Positions 1 to 11,000 of a DNA stretch of 64,000 nt are shown here, piece by piece. This stretch comes from Acidobacteriota bacterium (GTDB lineage: Bacteria; Acidobacteriota; Thermoanaerobaculia; Multivoradales; Multivoraceae): NCBI GenBank assembly GCA_039026915.1, contig JBCCLJ010000011.1, positions 72 to 64,071 of the forward strand. Reading direction: 5' to 3'. Positions within the stretch are counted from its first letter, which is position 1. Every line of letters starts with the position of its first letter. The translations under genes were made by a program, and so were the position numbers. Below the pieces are notes generated by a model. It worked only from the letters and a program-made list of their open reading frames with translations. It was not told the origin of the DNA and searched no databases.

Positions 1-1
1 C

Positions 2-226
2 TTCGAGCAGGCGCGCTTCGTCCTTGCGCCCGATGCTCTGGTGGTCTTCGACGACATCGACTGGTCCGACGGCATGCGGCGGGCCTGGAGGGCGGTGACC
101 GAAGCGGAAGGGGTCGAGGCTTCGGTGGCCCTCGGCGACCTCGGCGTCGTGGCGCTGGGCAACGGGGCGAGGGAGACGACGCGACTCCAGGTACCAGCGA
201 GGATGGTTCGCTACTCGCAGCCGTGA
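2..226 (+). CDS. class I SAM-dependent methyltransferase, C-terminal fragment (5' end lies outside the window)
   Basis: The reading frame is open from base 2 (FEQARFVLAPDALVVFDDIDWSDGMRRAW...). The 'xxVVFDDIDW' segment resembles the C-terminal strand of Methyltransf_24/O-methyltransferase-like proteins. The track ORF 41..226 is the tail of this frame. Confidence 0.4.
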   Translation, partial: FEQARFVLAPDALVVFDDIDWSDGMRRAWRAVTEAEGVEASVALGDLGVVALGNGARETTRLQVPARMVRYSQP

Positions 227-352
227 CCGCCGAGCTTCGCGCGCTCGCCGCGGTTCCCCTTGCTGAGCCGGAGTCCGCCGCAGGCGAGCCTGGCGCTTTT
301 CCGCTCGCTGCGCCGCAGGCCAAGCCGGTCCTGATCCTCGGCGCCGTCGACC

Positions 353-1552
353 TCAGTGTGGATGTGCTTCGAGGTGCTGGCGCAGCAGGTCCTTGCCGTA
401 GTCGTTGCCGTTGGGCGTGCGCACGACGACGTGGATGTGCTGCCGACTCGGGACCGGCGGCATGAGGTGCCGCAGGTTCGCCGGACGCTGGTGGTCGAAC
501 TCGATGAGGATCACCGGGCTGTGGATCCGGTAGTAGTAGACAGCGTCGTCCTCCTGGCCGCCGATCCAGGCGAAGTAGGTGCGGTCGAGATGGGCCTCGA
601 TCTCATCGAGCCAGACGTCCGCGTGCTCGTCGCGCAGGTTGTCGGTGTAGAGCTCGATGAGCCGCAGCAGCGCCGTGCGGCTCTCCGGCGGCAGCTCGTT
701 GCCGGCTACACCCTCATAGTCGAGGGTGAAGTTGTCCTGACCGGCTTCGCCCTGATTGTTGTTGCCCTTCTTCTTCGCGCTGAGCACCGCGCGCTCGCGC
801 AGGCTGTCGGGTAGCGAGCGTAGGAGCTCCAAGCCCCGGCTCTGCTCCTCCTGCAGGATCGTCGTGCCCGCGTACTTGCCCGATTCGGCCGTCACCGGTT
901 CGGAGCCGACAAAGGTCGGCGTCATCACGACCTGGTCGCCGACGACGAAGAAGTTGACGATCAGGTGATGACCGTCGAGCTGCCAGCCCCAAGGATTCGT
1001 GGCGTGCGGTTCACCCATGAGGGTCAGGTGGTAGAGCCATTCTCCGAACTCGACGAAGTTGTCGCCGTCGAGCTCGCCGAGCGTGTGGTTGAGGCGCATG
1101 ATGTCTCGGCTCAGCTCGAGGCCCTTGGCGGAGAGTGACGTGCGGAGCAGGTTGAGAGCGAGCTCGCGCTGCGCTTCGTCCATCTCTTCGAAGCTCACTC
1201 CGTGGCGCACGTAGAAGTGTTGATTCATCCAGCGACGCCACTCATCGTCGTCGACGGCGAACTGCGTCGATGCACGCTGCTCGTCCGAAAGTCCCCTGAG
1301 GAAGGCGAATGCGGCTTCTCGTACCGGCTCGGTGGACACACCGTCGGAGCCGAGGTGGAAGAGATCTCTCTCCATGCCGTTCGAGGTCGCAATGCCGACG
1401 TACGGCGTTTCGGCAACGCGCTTCTCGAAGCGGTCCGACATCTTGCGGAAGCGCTCGAAGAGCTCTTCGTGCTGAGCCGCGAGGAGGCCGCCGGACGCGA
1501 CGGCCACGGAGAGCGCGGCAGCGATGGAGCGTGGCGAGAGCGTTGGATTCAT
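353..1552 (-). CDS. DUF3500 domain-containing protein (secreted)
   Basis: 399-aa ORF with an ATG start and an N-terminal signal-like segment. Characteristic DUF3500 blocks are present: NPWGWQLDGHHLIVNFFVVGDQVV and YYYRIHSPVILIEFDHQ. Confidence 0.8.
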   Translation of the reverse strand: MNPTLSPRSIAAALSVAVASGGLLAAQHEELFERFRKMSDRFEKRVAETPYVGIATSNGMERDLFHLGSDGVSTEPVREAAFAFLRGLSDEQRASTQFAVDDDEWRRWMNQHFYVRHGVSFEEMDEAQRELALNLLRTSLSAKGLELSRDIMRLNHTLGELDGDNFVEFGEWLYHLTLMGEPHATNPWGWQLDGHHLIVNFFVVGDQVVMTPTFVGSEPVTAESGKYAGTTILQEEQSRGLELLRSLPDSLRERAVLSAKKKGNNNQGEAGQDNFTLDYEGVAGNELPPESRTALLRLIELYTDNLRDEHADVWLDEIEAHLDRTYFAWIGGQEDDAVYYYRIHSPVILIEFDHQRPANLRHLMPPVPSRQHIHVVVRTPNGNDYGKDLLRQHLEAHPH

Positions 1553-1636
1553 GGTTACCTCGCTGTGTCTTTACTTCACAGCTTAGTCTCTCGGCGGCTT
1601 GCTGAGCCACCGACTTACCGTCTTCTCGTCTCGAGC

Positions 1637-2344
1637 TCAGAAGCGGTAGAAGACACTGAAGCGCACGACGGGGAAGATCTCGTAGTCGTCGACCTCCTCC
1701 TGAAGCTCGCGCTCCTCCTGTTCGAGAAAGGACTGCGCCAGAAAGTCGAGCTCCGGAATCTGATCGAGAGGTAGGCCGGTCTGTGCGCGTACGTCGACGT
1801 CCGGCTCGCCGAAGAAGATGGCGCCGAGGTCGAAGGCGAAGCCGATGCCGCGGTCGGACCGAGACGAACGAAAACCGAGCCCGGCGTACGGCGCGACGGA
1901 GTCGAGGTCTGCGCTGGCCTCGAGCGTGCCGAAGTCGACCGGACCGAGGATCTGACGAATCTGCTCGAGCGCTCCCGGTCCGAACTCGCGCAGAGCGAGA
2001 TCCTCCAGAGGGGCGCTGCCGCGAATGTCGTGGTCTTGGAAGACGACGCCCGCGCTCAGGTGGAAGCTGCCACCGAAGGGAGAGACGTCGATGACGAGAG
2101 CGGCCGAGCGCAGGTCGGCGTCACCTTCGTAGCGAACGTTGTCGGTGGAGAAAGACTCCGAAGCCGAGAAGGCGGCCGCGGAGATACGTCCTCGCAGCCG
2201 GCGGTTCCAGGCGTGGGCCAGTTCGAGACCCCCGCCTTCTGTCGAAGCGACGAAGCCGAGGTCCGTTTGGGCGTTCTGCGCCGCCGCCGGTGCGAGACAA
2301 GGGAGAGTGAGGAGAGCGAAGAGCCAGAGACGGCTTCGGATCAT
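1637..2344 (-). CDS. outer-membrane beta-barrel protein (porin-like)
   Basis: The start was trimmed to the internal ATG giving MIRSRLWLFALLTLPCLAPAAAQ, a signal peptide. The sequence shows an alternating amphipathic pattern and the terminal residues ...VVRFSVFYRF (aromatic C-terminus typical of OM barrels). Confidence 0.6.
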   Translation of the reverse strand: MIRSRLWLFALLTLPCLAPAAAQNAQTDLGFVASTEGGGLELAHAWNRRLRGRISAAAFSASESFSTDNVRYEGDADLRSAALVIDVSPFGGSFHLSAGVVFQDHDIRGSAPLEDLALREFGPGALEQIRQILGPVDFGTLEASADLDSVAPYAGLGFRSSRSDRGIGFAFDLGAIFFGEPDVDVRAQTGLPLDQIPELDFLAQSFLEQEERELQEEVDDYEIFPVVRFSVFYRF

Positions 2345-2468
2345 GGGGGCCTCCTGTGGAGCGCCAAAGACGCAAATATGCAGTAATGGCATGAAGTCTA
2401 TAAGAGAGCTACAAGCCACCCGAAGGCCCCCACAGGCCGCGCCCACTGATCGAGGGCTTTGTCCCGAG

Positions 2469-3779
2469 CTACTCGAGGGTCTCGGTCAGCGCCTGGTAGG
2501 TCGCCACCTTGAGGTCCGAGCGGAAGGGATAGGGCGAACCCATCAGCTGGATCATTCCGACGACGACCACTTCCTCGACCGGATCGATCCAGAAGACCGT
2601 GCCGGCAGCGCCGCCCCAGTTGTATTCACCGGCGCTCCCCATCACGCCGCCCGCCGCCGGGTCGGTGACGATGCCGAAGCCGAGCCCGAAGCCGAAGCCA
2701 CGCAGCGGCTGGCCGAGAGTTGGCGTCTCACCGTTGCCACCCGAAGTGATGCTGGCCGGTAGGTGGTTCGACGCCATGTAGGCGACCGTCTTCGGCCCGA
2801 GAATGCGCGCATCGCCGAGTCTTCCGCCATTGCGCATCGCCTCGGCGAAGCGCATGTAGTCGCGCGTCGAGCCGACGAGTCCGCCGCCGCCGCTGAAGAG
2901 CGTCACCGTCTCGTAGTTCTGCATCGCCTCCATGCCGCCCATCGGGATCTGCGTCAGCTTCTGAGTCTGCGGATTGATGTAGTGATTGGGGAGAAAGCGG
3001 CCCAGCTTCTCCTTCGGTACGGCGAAGAACGTGTCGACCATGCCGAGCGGCTCGAAGATGTTCTCCTGCAGGTACTCGTCGAAGCTCTTGCCGCTGATGC
3101 GCTGCACCACCAGGCCCGTGACGTCGACGGCGATCGAGTAGTGCCAACGGTCGCCCGGCTGGAACTTGAGAGGCAGCTCGGCGACCTTCCGTGCGAAGTC
3201 GTCGAGGTCTTCGGAGGCCCACAGCTTGGCCTTCTCGTACTCCGCGTCGACCGGGTCGTTCTGGGGGTCGAAGCCGTAGGAGAAGCCGGCGGTGTGCGTC
3301 AGCAGGTGCTGCATCGTCATCTCGCGCTCGACCGGCACGCGCGTGCCGTCCTCCTGCAGCACTTCGAGCTCCTTGAATTCGGGCACGAACTTGGAGACCG
3401 GATCGCTGAGATGGAAGCGGCCCTGCTCGTAGAGCTGCATGATGGCTGCCGCGGTGATCGGCTTGGTCATCGAGTAGATGCGAAAGAGATCGTCCTTTTC
3501 GAGCGGACGCTCGTCGCTGGCGCCCTTCTGGCCGACGGCTTCGAAGTGCACGACTTCGCCGCGTCGCGCGACCATGGTGACGACGCCGGCGAGCTGACCT
3601 TCGTCGACGTAGGCCTGGGTCATGTTGGTGATGCGACCGAGGCGTTCGCTCGAGAACCCCTGCGATTCGGGGCTGACGACCGGCATCTCTTCGGCGAAGG
3701 CGGCGCCGGAGAAGGCGAGTGCGACGGAAGCGAGCGCGAAGGACAGCGGCGTTGCAAAGCGCGACAGTTTGCGGGTCAT
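2469..3779 (-). CDS. serine hydrolase, beta-lactamase (class C/PBP4-like) fold
   Basis: SxxK motif in YSMTKPITAAAIMQL and a signal peptide MTRKLSRFATPLSFALASVALAFSGAAFA. The start was trimmed from track ORF 2469..3848 to ATG 3779. Confidence 0.85.
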   Translation of the reverse strand: MTRKLSRFATPLSFALASVALAFSGAAFAEEMPVVSPESQGFSSERLGRITNMTQAYVDEGQLAGVVTMVARRGEVVHFEAVGQKGASDERPLEKDDLFRIYSMTKPITAAAIMQLYEQGRFHLSDPVSKFVPEFKELEVLQEDGTRVPVEREMTMQHLLTHTAGFSYGFDPQNDPVDAEYEKAKLWASEDLDDFARKVAELPLKFQPGDRWHYSIAVDVTGLVVQRISGKSFDEYLQENIFEPLGMVDTFFAVPKEKLGRFLPNHYINPQTQKLTQIPMGGMEAMQNYETVTLFSGGGGLVGSTRDYMRFAEAMRNGGRLGDARILGPKTVAYMASNHLPASITSGGNGETPTLGQPLRGFGFGLGFGIVTDPAAGGVMGSAGEYNWGGAAGTVFWIDPVEEVVVVGMIQLMGSPYPFRSDLKVATYQALTETLE

Positions 3780-3993
3780 GTTGTCTCCTGGATGTTCGTG
3801 TCGAAGGATGACACACACCTTCGCTTTCAACCGATGCGAGGCCTCCACGAGCTTGCCGACGGGAAGCGTTGCGGTTCAGCGGGCAGCCAACGCGTCGTCG
3901 CGAGGAGCACGAACCGGCTCGCGGCTCCGTCGATTTCACACTGACTACAATGATCGGCGAGACCCCGAGAGAAGCTCCTTGAAGGAGGCCGAG

Positions 3994-5244
3994 ATGCTGC
4001 ATCCCATCCTCAACCGTCGATCGCTGGTTCTGAGTCTCGCCTTGGCCGCGTGTCTCGCGGCCTGTGCGACGAACGACGAGCAGGTACCGTCGGAAGTGCC
4101 CGGCGCTTCGTCGCTCTCCCCCGAAGCCCTCGAGGACCTCGCGACTTCGTTTCAGGCCGCCCTGGAGGAAGCTCAGGCCAGTGCGGCGGGGGGCGAAGAC
4201 AACTTTCCTGGCGGTACCGCCGCCTTTCTTCTGCCCGACGGAACGCTCCGTGCCTTCGCCGTCGGCATGAACGACGAGGAGCGCGGACTCGAAATGACGC
4301 CCGACCTGCTGATGCCGTCGGGAAGCATCGGCAAGACCTACGTCGGTGCGACGGCTCTGGCCCTGGCGCGCGAGGGCCGGCTCGACCTCGACGCCAGGAT
4401 CGCCGACTTCTTCGGCGAGGAAGAGTGGTTCGCCCGCCTGCCGAACGGGCCGGAGATCACGGTTCGTCACTTGGCGACACACACGAGCGGCCTCATCGAC
4501 CACGCCTTCGACTCCGAGGCTTTCGTCGCTGAAGCGAAGAAACGCACCGATCCGGACGACTACTTCGAGCCGCTCGAACTCGTCGAGCTCGTGCTCGATC
4601 AGGAGCCCCTCTTCGCGCCGGGCGCGGGGTACGACTACACCGACACCGGCTTCATCCTGCTCGGGCTGGTTATCGAGAAGGCTGCTGGCGCGACGTTCTA
4701 CGACGAGGTGCGAAGGCTCTTCCTCGATCCGCTGGGCCTCGATCACACCGTGCCCGCCGATCGTCGCGACGTACCGAACGTCGCGCAGGGCTACGCGCAC
4801 ACCGGTGCCGAGTTCTTCGGTACGCCGTTCGAGATGATCGATGCCGAGGGCAGGCTTGGGCTTCATCCGCTCACCGAGTGGACCGGAGGCGGGTTCTACA
4901 ACAACCCGCAGTCCCTCGTGCGTTGGGCCAAGGCGCTCTACGAGGGCGACGCGATCGCCGGCGACTACGTCGACGAGCTGGTGACTCCGGTCTTTCCCGA
5001 GAGCGAAGAGGTCGCCTACGGCTTGGGGCAGTTCGTGGCTCGAACCTCGCGAGGGCCGGTCTACGGACACTCGGGCTTCTTCCCCGGCTACAACTCGCGC
5101 GTCATGTACGTCGTCGATCACGGCTTTGCGGTCGCTCTGCAGATCAACTCGGACACGACGAAGGTCGGTGAGCATACGGAGACGCTGGCGCGCGTCGTCA
5201 TCGAAGCACTGGAAGCGGCGGGGAGCGTGCAAGACGCGGCGTAG
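3994..5244 (+). CDS. serine hydrolase, beta-lactamase fold, probable lipoprotein
   Basis: ATG at 3994 is preceded by GAAGGAGG. Lipobox-like LALAACLAAC is present, with an SxxK motif in SGSIGKTYVG. The upstream part of track ORF 3622..5244 overlaps the divergent gene and was discarded. Confidence 0.85.
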   Translation: MLHPILNRRSLVLSLALAACLAACATNDEQVPSEVPGASSLSPEALEDLATSFQAALEEAQASAAGGEDNFPGGTAAFLLPDGTLRAFAVGMNDEERGLEMTPDLLMPSGSIGKTYVGATALALAREGRLDLDARIADFFGEEEWFARLPNGPEITVRHLATHTSGLIDHAFDSEAFVAEAKKRTDPDDYFEPLELVELVLDQEPLFAPGAGYDYTDTGFILLGLVIEKAAGATFYDEVRRLFLDPLGLDHTVPADRRDVPNVAQGYAHTGAEFFGTPFEMIDAEGRLGLHPLTEWTGGGFYNNPQSLVRWAKALYEGDAIAGDYVDELVTPVFPESEEVAYGLGQFVARTSRGPVYGHSGFFPGYNSRVMYVVDHGFAVALQINSDTTKVGEHTETLARVVIEALEAAGSVQDAA

Positions 5245-5255
5245 GGAGGGTGGGG

Positions 5256-6725
5256 ATGACAGGACCGAGACGTCGTCGTTGGCTCTTGACGGCAATTCTT
5301 CTGGCGGGCGCGACGGCGACGGACGTCTGGCCGTGCAGCAAGGCGGACCCTCGAGGTTTGGGCCCGGTCTGGACCGGCGAGTCCTTCGGCTACTTCGGGA
5401 GCGCTCCGCCAGGTCTTCGCAGGCCGCTGGCGCCCTGGCTGTCTGCGGGCTCAGTCGTGATTTACAGCACCAGCGGCGAGCAGTTGCTGGCCGAGCCCTA
5501 CAGCGCTCCTGAGCTTGTCGAAGGACGGTTCTTTCCGCGCAAGATACTCCCCGATGGATCGGTCTGGGGCAGCGTTCGATGTGATTCGAGCGGTGCCACT
5601 CTGGAGCCACTCTGCGGCGAAACGCTCCGAGTCAGCGCGCGAGGTGACGTCCTCGAGACGTTGACCGAGGGCACGCCGTGGCCCTTTTCGCAGGATCTCC
5701 CGACGGAGCTGCGCGGAGGTGGCAGGAACGGCGAAGACGGGCCGTATCGCTTGCTCGTCCAGTGGCCGGGGCGGGAGGAGCCTGTGGTGCTCACCTCGCC
5801 CTTCACCGAGAAGCGCTCACCCTACGGTCCGGGCTGGTCCACCGGACGGGACGGCGAGCTGGCGGTAATGTGGTTCTCGGACTCGCGGGTCGCGGTGGTC
5901 CTTTTCGACTCGCGGGGCGACGAAGTCTGGCGCCGCGAGTATCCGCGTTCGTTCGACTCCAGACGTGAAGAGGGAGCGGAAGCAACTCTCGACCTGGCCG
6001 AGGGCCGCATGATCGTGGCCCCGGATGGTTCCCTGGTCATTGGTGCCTGGGGCATCAACCCGGACTGTTCTCCTCGCCACCGCTCTTCGTTCGTCGTGCT
6101 CGATGCCCAGGGAGGTTTGCGCGCTCGCGTCGACGGACCCCAGGTGGAGGGGATGGCTCTGTCGCCCGAGGGTCGGCTCGCCGTACGTCGCGGTCCGTTC
6201 ACCCAGGATCTGGAGCTCTTCAACCTCGACGGAGAGCTGATCGCAGAGCTCCCTCAGCCGTCCCAGTGGAAGGAGGAGGAGGCACGCCTCCGCGCCGAGG
6301 CGAAGCGGGTGACGGAGGAGAGCGATCCGGCGGATTGGTTTCGCTACTTCGAGTTCATGCCGAGTGCTTTCTCGAGAGTGAGAGGCTGGGTCGTCGAGAC
6401 TTGGCCCTCAGCCGCTGACGTGCTGCCTGCCAGCCTGGCGCTGCGCTTCGCTGAGGACCTCTGCGCCCTCGAAGAGGAGCGCGCTCCGGGCGTGGTGCTG
6501 GGCGCCTTTCTCGAGGAGAGGCACTTCTCGCGCCGACTCGTGGCCCTGTCCGGATTGAGCCAGTGTTTCGAGGAGCCGCCGGCGGAGATCGCGGACTTTC
6601 TCGAGGCTCTCCTTGCGAGAAAGGATGGTGAGGCGATGTACTACCTCGGGAAAGCTCGGGAGCGTTGGCCTTCTCTGGGCTCGGCAGCTGCACCGTCGAA
6701 GGCTACGAAAGACGAGGGGCCCTGA
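5256..6725 (+). CDS. hypothetical secreted protein, paralogue A (homologous to the N-terminal ~450 aa of 8043..11108)
   Basis: ATG 5256 follows GGGAGGG. The N-terminus carries a signal-like segment and a Cys (DVWPCSK). It aligns collinearly with 8043..11108, for example VWTGESFGYFGSAPPGLRRP vs VWTGESWAFYGSPPPALRPL, GELAVMWFSDSRV vs GDLAVVWFGSDRV, and ESDPADWFRYFEF vs ESEPADWIRDYKY. Confidence 0.7.
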   Translation: MTGPRRRRWLLTAILLAGATATDVWPCSKADPRGLGPVWTGESFGYFGSAPPGLRRPLAPWLSAGSVVIYSTSGEQLLAEPYSAPELVEGRFFPRKILPDGSVWGSVRCDSSGATLEPLCGETLRVSARGDVLETLTEGTPWPFSQDLPTELRGGGRNGEDGPYRLLVQWPGREEPVVLTSPFTEKRSPYGPGWSTGRDGELAVMWFSDSRVAVVLFDSRGDEVWRREYPRSFDSRREEGAEATLDLAEGRMIVAPDGSLVIGAWGINPDCSPRHRSSFVVLDAQGGLRARVDGPQVEGMALSPEGRLAVRRGPFTQDLELFNLDGELIAELPQPSQWKEEEARLRAEAKRVTEESDPADWFRYFEFMPSAFSRVRGWVVETWPSAADVLPASLALRFAEDLCALEEERAPGVVLGAFLEERHFSRRLVALSGLSQCFEEPPAEIADFLEALLARKDGEAMYYLGKARERWPSLGSAAAPSKATKDEGP

Positions 6726-6768
6726 GCAGGCGATCCGCCTCCCTCTGCCGAGGGCGTCTTCGACTCTG

Positions 6769-7812
6769 TCAGGGCTCCCGCGACGCTCGCTCGAACCCCC
6801 GAATCGCCGAATCGAAGTCGGCAAAGTCGATGTGCCGGGAGATCCGTCCCTCGCGGATGCGCAGCCAGGTGACGGTCAGGCCGGAGCCCACGAGCCGCTT
6901 CCCAGGCACTCCCCAGTCTTTACCGTCGACAGTGGCCGTGATGTCGACGAGAACGACGACGTTTGACCCCGCGACGAACGACTCCCGCACCTCGGGTACG
7001 ACCTCCTGAGTTCCGGAGCTTGCGTTGGCCGTGCGGTAGAAGTCGAGGACGGCGTCGCGCCCCTGGAAGCGATACGGCTCGATGTCGAAGTACTCGGCGG
7101 TGTAGTCCTCGTAGAGCACGTCTTCTGCGAGCAGGCTTGCCATCGTTGCGTAGTCGAACGACCAGACCGCCTCGAGATAGCGATCCGCGACGTTGCGCAG
7201 CGCAGCGACCTCTACAGCGTTGGGCTGTGGAAACTGCGGCCTGGTCGGAGAGGTGCTTGCGGTCTGCGCCGATGCGGCCGAAGGCGAGGTCGAATCGGAG
7301 CGGGCGGCGCTCACCTGTCGATCGACCTGCGCCATCAGCGTCTCGTAGTCGATGTGGTCGTGGTGCTTGGCGACGACCCCTTCCCGCACTTCGAGCACTG
7401 TGACGGCCGGCACACGTAGTTCGATACGGGTTCCTGGCGAGCCGAAGGGTGCCGCATCGCCTTGCGACAAGTACACCAGTTCGAAGACGACCTGGTTGCC
7501 TGCGCTGAAAGCGTGCTCGACTTCGAAGCCGCTGCTGTCGACGGACTCGACCGAGCCACGGAAGAAGTCGAAAACCGCTTCGCGCCCCTCGAAGCGCCAG
7601 GGTCCGCCGGGCAGTGCCGCAGACGTGTCATCGACGAAGAGCAGATCCTCGGTAGTGAGCGCAGCGAGCCGGTGGAGATCGGCTTCGTAGAGGGCCTCGA
7701 GGTATCGCTTCCCGAGCTCCACCGCGTCTTGCTCGTTTGGCGCGGAAGCCCCCTGAGAGACCGAGCTCCATAGGAGAACGGCGACGGCCAGCGCGAGTCT
7801 CAGTCCGATCAT
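6769..7812 (-). CDS. secreted protein with two tandem SnoaL-like (NTF2-fold) domains
   Basis: Signal peptide MIGLRLALAVAVLLWSSVSQGASA. Two ~130-aa halves are each shaped like a SnoaL domain (…FEGREAVFDFFRG…VLEVREGVVAKHHDHIDY and …FQGRDAVLDFYRT…WLRIREGRISRHIDFADF). They are joined by a Ser/Thr/Ala/Pro linker. Confidence 0.7.
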   Translation of the reverse strand: MIGLRLALAVAVLLWSSVSQGASAPNEQDAVELGKRYLEALYEADLHRLAALTTEDLLFVDDTSAALPGGPWRFEGREAVFDFFRGSVESVDSSGFEVEHAFSAGNQVVFELVYLSQGDAAPFGSPGTRIELRVPAVTVLEVREGVVAKHHDHIDYETLMAQVDRQVSAARSDSTSPSAASAQTASTSPTRPQFPQPNAVEVAALRNVADRYLEAVWSFDYATMASLLAEDVLYEDYTAEYFDIEPYRFQGRDAVLDFYRTANASSGTQEVVPEVRESFVAGSNVVVLVDITATVDGKDWGVPGKRLVGSGLTVTWLRIREGRISRHIDFADFDSAIRGFERASREP

Positions 7813-8042
7813 TCTTTGCTACTCCCTCATTCTCTTCTCGTGCTGCGGATCAAGACCGCCTCTCCGACGCTGACAGATTCCAGCCAGTTACGTCATCTTC
7901 GGCGCGGGGTTCGGTTGGGCCTGCGCAAGAACGCAGCGAGGAACTGTCGGCCGCCCACGCTGGTCTGAGCACCTGGGAAGTGCACACTGGATACGGCCTG
8001 AGTCGTCCGAAGGGTTGAATTGGCTTGTCTAGGACCATCACC

Positions 8043-11000
8043 ATGGAGATTCGTTCAACTGCAGATCGCTTCGCGACCCGTGCGCGACGCGCAGTCGTCC
8101 TCAGCGGGGTCTCAGCATTCGTAGTCATGCTGCTGCAGGTCTCTCCGGCAGCGGCCTGTCTCAAGTCGAATGCAGGGCGCTTTGGCATTGTGTGGACTGG
8201 AGAATCGTGGGCCTTCTACGGCTCGCCGCCGCCCGCGCTTCGGCCGCTCGATCCGGAGGCCAAGACGCCGAAAGCGTCGATTGTGTTTTACGACGACTCC
8301 GGAGTAGTGCTTGGCACGGAGGCAGTCTTCGATCCATCTCTCGCCGCCGGTCACTTCGTGCCGAGGGCGGTGACTCCGGAAGGCTATCTCTGGGGCGTTG
8401 TCTCCTGCGTCGATGAGTCGCCGGAGGCGCGCTGCGGCAAGGCAATCCGCGTGGCCGCAAGTGGCGACGTCCTCGAGGTCGCCGAGGCCGGTCCGGCTCC
8501 GTGGCGCGAGGTCGATCTGCGTGTCGAGTGGCTGACCGACGGCGGTCGGTCCCATCTCGACGTCGAATGGACTGGTTCGGGTCGGACATCCCGTCTTTCT
8601 TCTCCGTTTCGCTCGGACGCGGCCCCGATGTGGGCGAAGGGGCGGCGCGGTGATTTGGCCGTCGTCTGGTTCGGATCGGATCGGGTCGTCCTTGTGCGTT
8701 ACGGCCCCTCCGGCGACGAGGAGCTGCGCCGGTCCTTTCCAAGGTCGCTCCGGCCTGGTCTCGAGGACGGGCCGGAGGGTCCAGTGAAGATCGGGCGAGG
8801 TCGGATGGTGCTTGCCGACGACGGCTCTGTGATTGTCGGCGGCTGGTCCCTAGACTCCGACTGCACTCCCGCGCACGCCGCTTCGTTCATCGTTCTGGGG
8901 CCCGATGGCGATCAACGGTCTTGGGTGCGAGGAACGGCCGCTCTTGGGATGGTGGTCTCGCCTAGCGGAACTCTTGGTGTGCATCGCGCGGCGGGTGTCG
9001 AGCTCTTCGATCTCGACGGTCGTCGTCTTGGATCGCTACGGCGCCCAGCGGAGTGGCAAGAAAGGCAGAGTAAGCTCTTTCGGGAGGCCGCTGCCTTGGG
9101 TCCTGAGAGCGAGCCCGCCGACTGGATTCGCGACTACAAGTACTTTCCTCGGCAGCGGTCCTGGCTCGTCGACGACTGGATCGTGTCGGCATGGCCGGCG
9201 AATGCGGGCCAGTTGGCTGTCGACTTGCTGCTTGAGCTGTCGCCGCGGATCTGTGAGTCCGAGAAGCAGATCGCCGGGCGGGAGCTCTTGGCAGCCTTCC
9301 GGTCGGGCAGAAGCTCCGGTCTCCGCGTCTCGTTTCTGCGGGCTGCTGCTGCATGTCTGGACCGCCCGCCCACCGATGTCGTCGACTGGGTGAGGAGCGT
9401 CGCCGATCGCGGTAGCTCCATGGATTCCAAGCCCGCGCGCGAGGCTCTTTCAGTCTGGGGGCTGCTGGAGACCGACGAGGAATCGTTGGATCCCAGGAGG
9501 GCTGCTCGCGAGGCGGCGTGGTCGGCCTTGCTGTCCTCGCCGGTGGGCGGCCCGCTACCAGGAAGTCGAGAGTTCGAGATCGGGCGCCAGCTCCTCTTGG
9601 TCGAACTGCCTCGCATCGTTCCGGACGTCCTGTCTGCCGTGCAACGAGGCGGCGACGAAGCGGAGAGGGCGCTCGATTTCATTCGAGAAACTCTCTTTCG
9701 GGTTCCGCGGAAGAGCTCTCCCAGGAACGAGGATCACCGGCGGGCGCTGAAAGCTCTGGCCAGCGGGCTCAAGAGTGTCGATCCTTCGGCCGGTCGTTCG
9801 GCGGCCGCGTCGAGGGTAGGAGACCTGCTGGCGCTTGCGCTGGATGGTGACGCGGGTGCTCTGGATTCTCTGCTCGCCAGGCGAGGCTTCCTGGAGAGCG
9901 ACCAGGGTGCCTTCTGGCTTGGATTCGCAATCGCGGCGGCCAAGGAGCACGGGCTCCTGAGTCAGGAAGTGCTCGAAGAGACGGCGGCTCGATACGTTGC
10001 TCTTGGGGCGTACGGTGGCCCGGACTGGTGCTGGCGGGACGAGGACTTTCTCCGCTGTCGGGGTCGTCCGGCGGGGGACCCGCTCGCAACCATGCTCCGT
10101 CTCGTGGGGCGTGAGGGCTTCCCAGGCGTCTGGCTGCGAGGGTTGGACGCGTCGGCGTCCGTCGGCGCGCGGACGGCGTTGCTCACCTTCGTCAGCTCCG
10201 ATCCCGGAGTGTTGTCCGAGGAGCGTTGGGTTCGCCTTTTGAGGCAACCGTGGCTTCTGGAGGTCGAACTCCTCCACAGCACGATCGAAGTTCTACGCGT
10301 GGCGCCATCCGAAGGACCGGTGTGGGCTGAAGTGTCCCGGGTCTGGCGCCAACTGCTCGACGATCACGGCGTGAAGCGAGTGCTCAGGGTCGGCGGCTTC
10401 AGTCGACCGAGAAGAGGCGCGGGTTGGTCCGAGCTGACCTCGTTGTTGGAGCCCGAGGATTTGATGGAGGCGGTCAGCACGTTGAGAGACCTTCGGATCT
10501 GGGTGCGCCTGGTCGCTCGAGTCGGAGCCTGGCAGGGGATCGCGCGAGAGCTCGAGGTTCTGGCCGAAGGCAACTCTCTCTACGCCACGGCCGGCCTCGC
10601 GGGGCTTGGCGACCGGCCGGCCTTCGAGCGACTTCTCGCGCAAGGTCTGTCTGAGCTACCCGACGTCGAGTCGGGTCTGCAGTTCTTCCGCGCGGAGGCC
10701 GTCCAGCGCCTCACACCTCATGCGAACCACTTGGATTCCGACCACCGCACAGCTGTGCGACGCTGTCTTCGCAAACTTGGGATGCCGGCGGATCTTGCGA
10801 GTGATCTTGCCGACGAAGCGCGACGTCGTCTCGAGGCTGGTGAGCTTCCCGAGCTTCAGTCACTTTTGATTCTCGCAGAGCAAGACATGGAAGCTGCGGC
10901 CCTCGCGGTTCAGGGTCTGGTTGATAGTTCGCGCTTGAGCAGTCTCGGTTCGCGGCTCCATCGCCCGGCGAGTAGCAGAGATCTCGCTCGGCTCTTGGGG

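Noticed and set aside
2728-5610. 960-aa minus-strand ORF spanning two hydrolase genes
   Set aside because: It is extremely Arg/Ala/Pro-rich with no motifs. It runs antisense or out of frame to two ORFs with clear SxxK hydrolase signatures, which is the typical shadow ORF of high-GC DNA.
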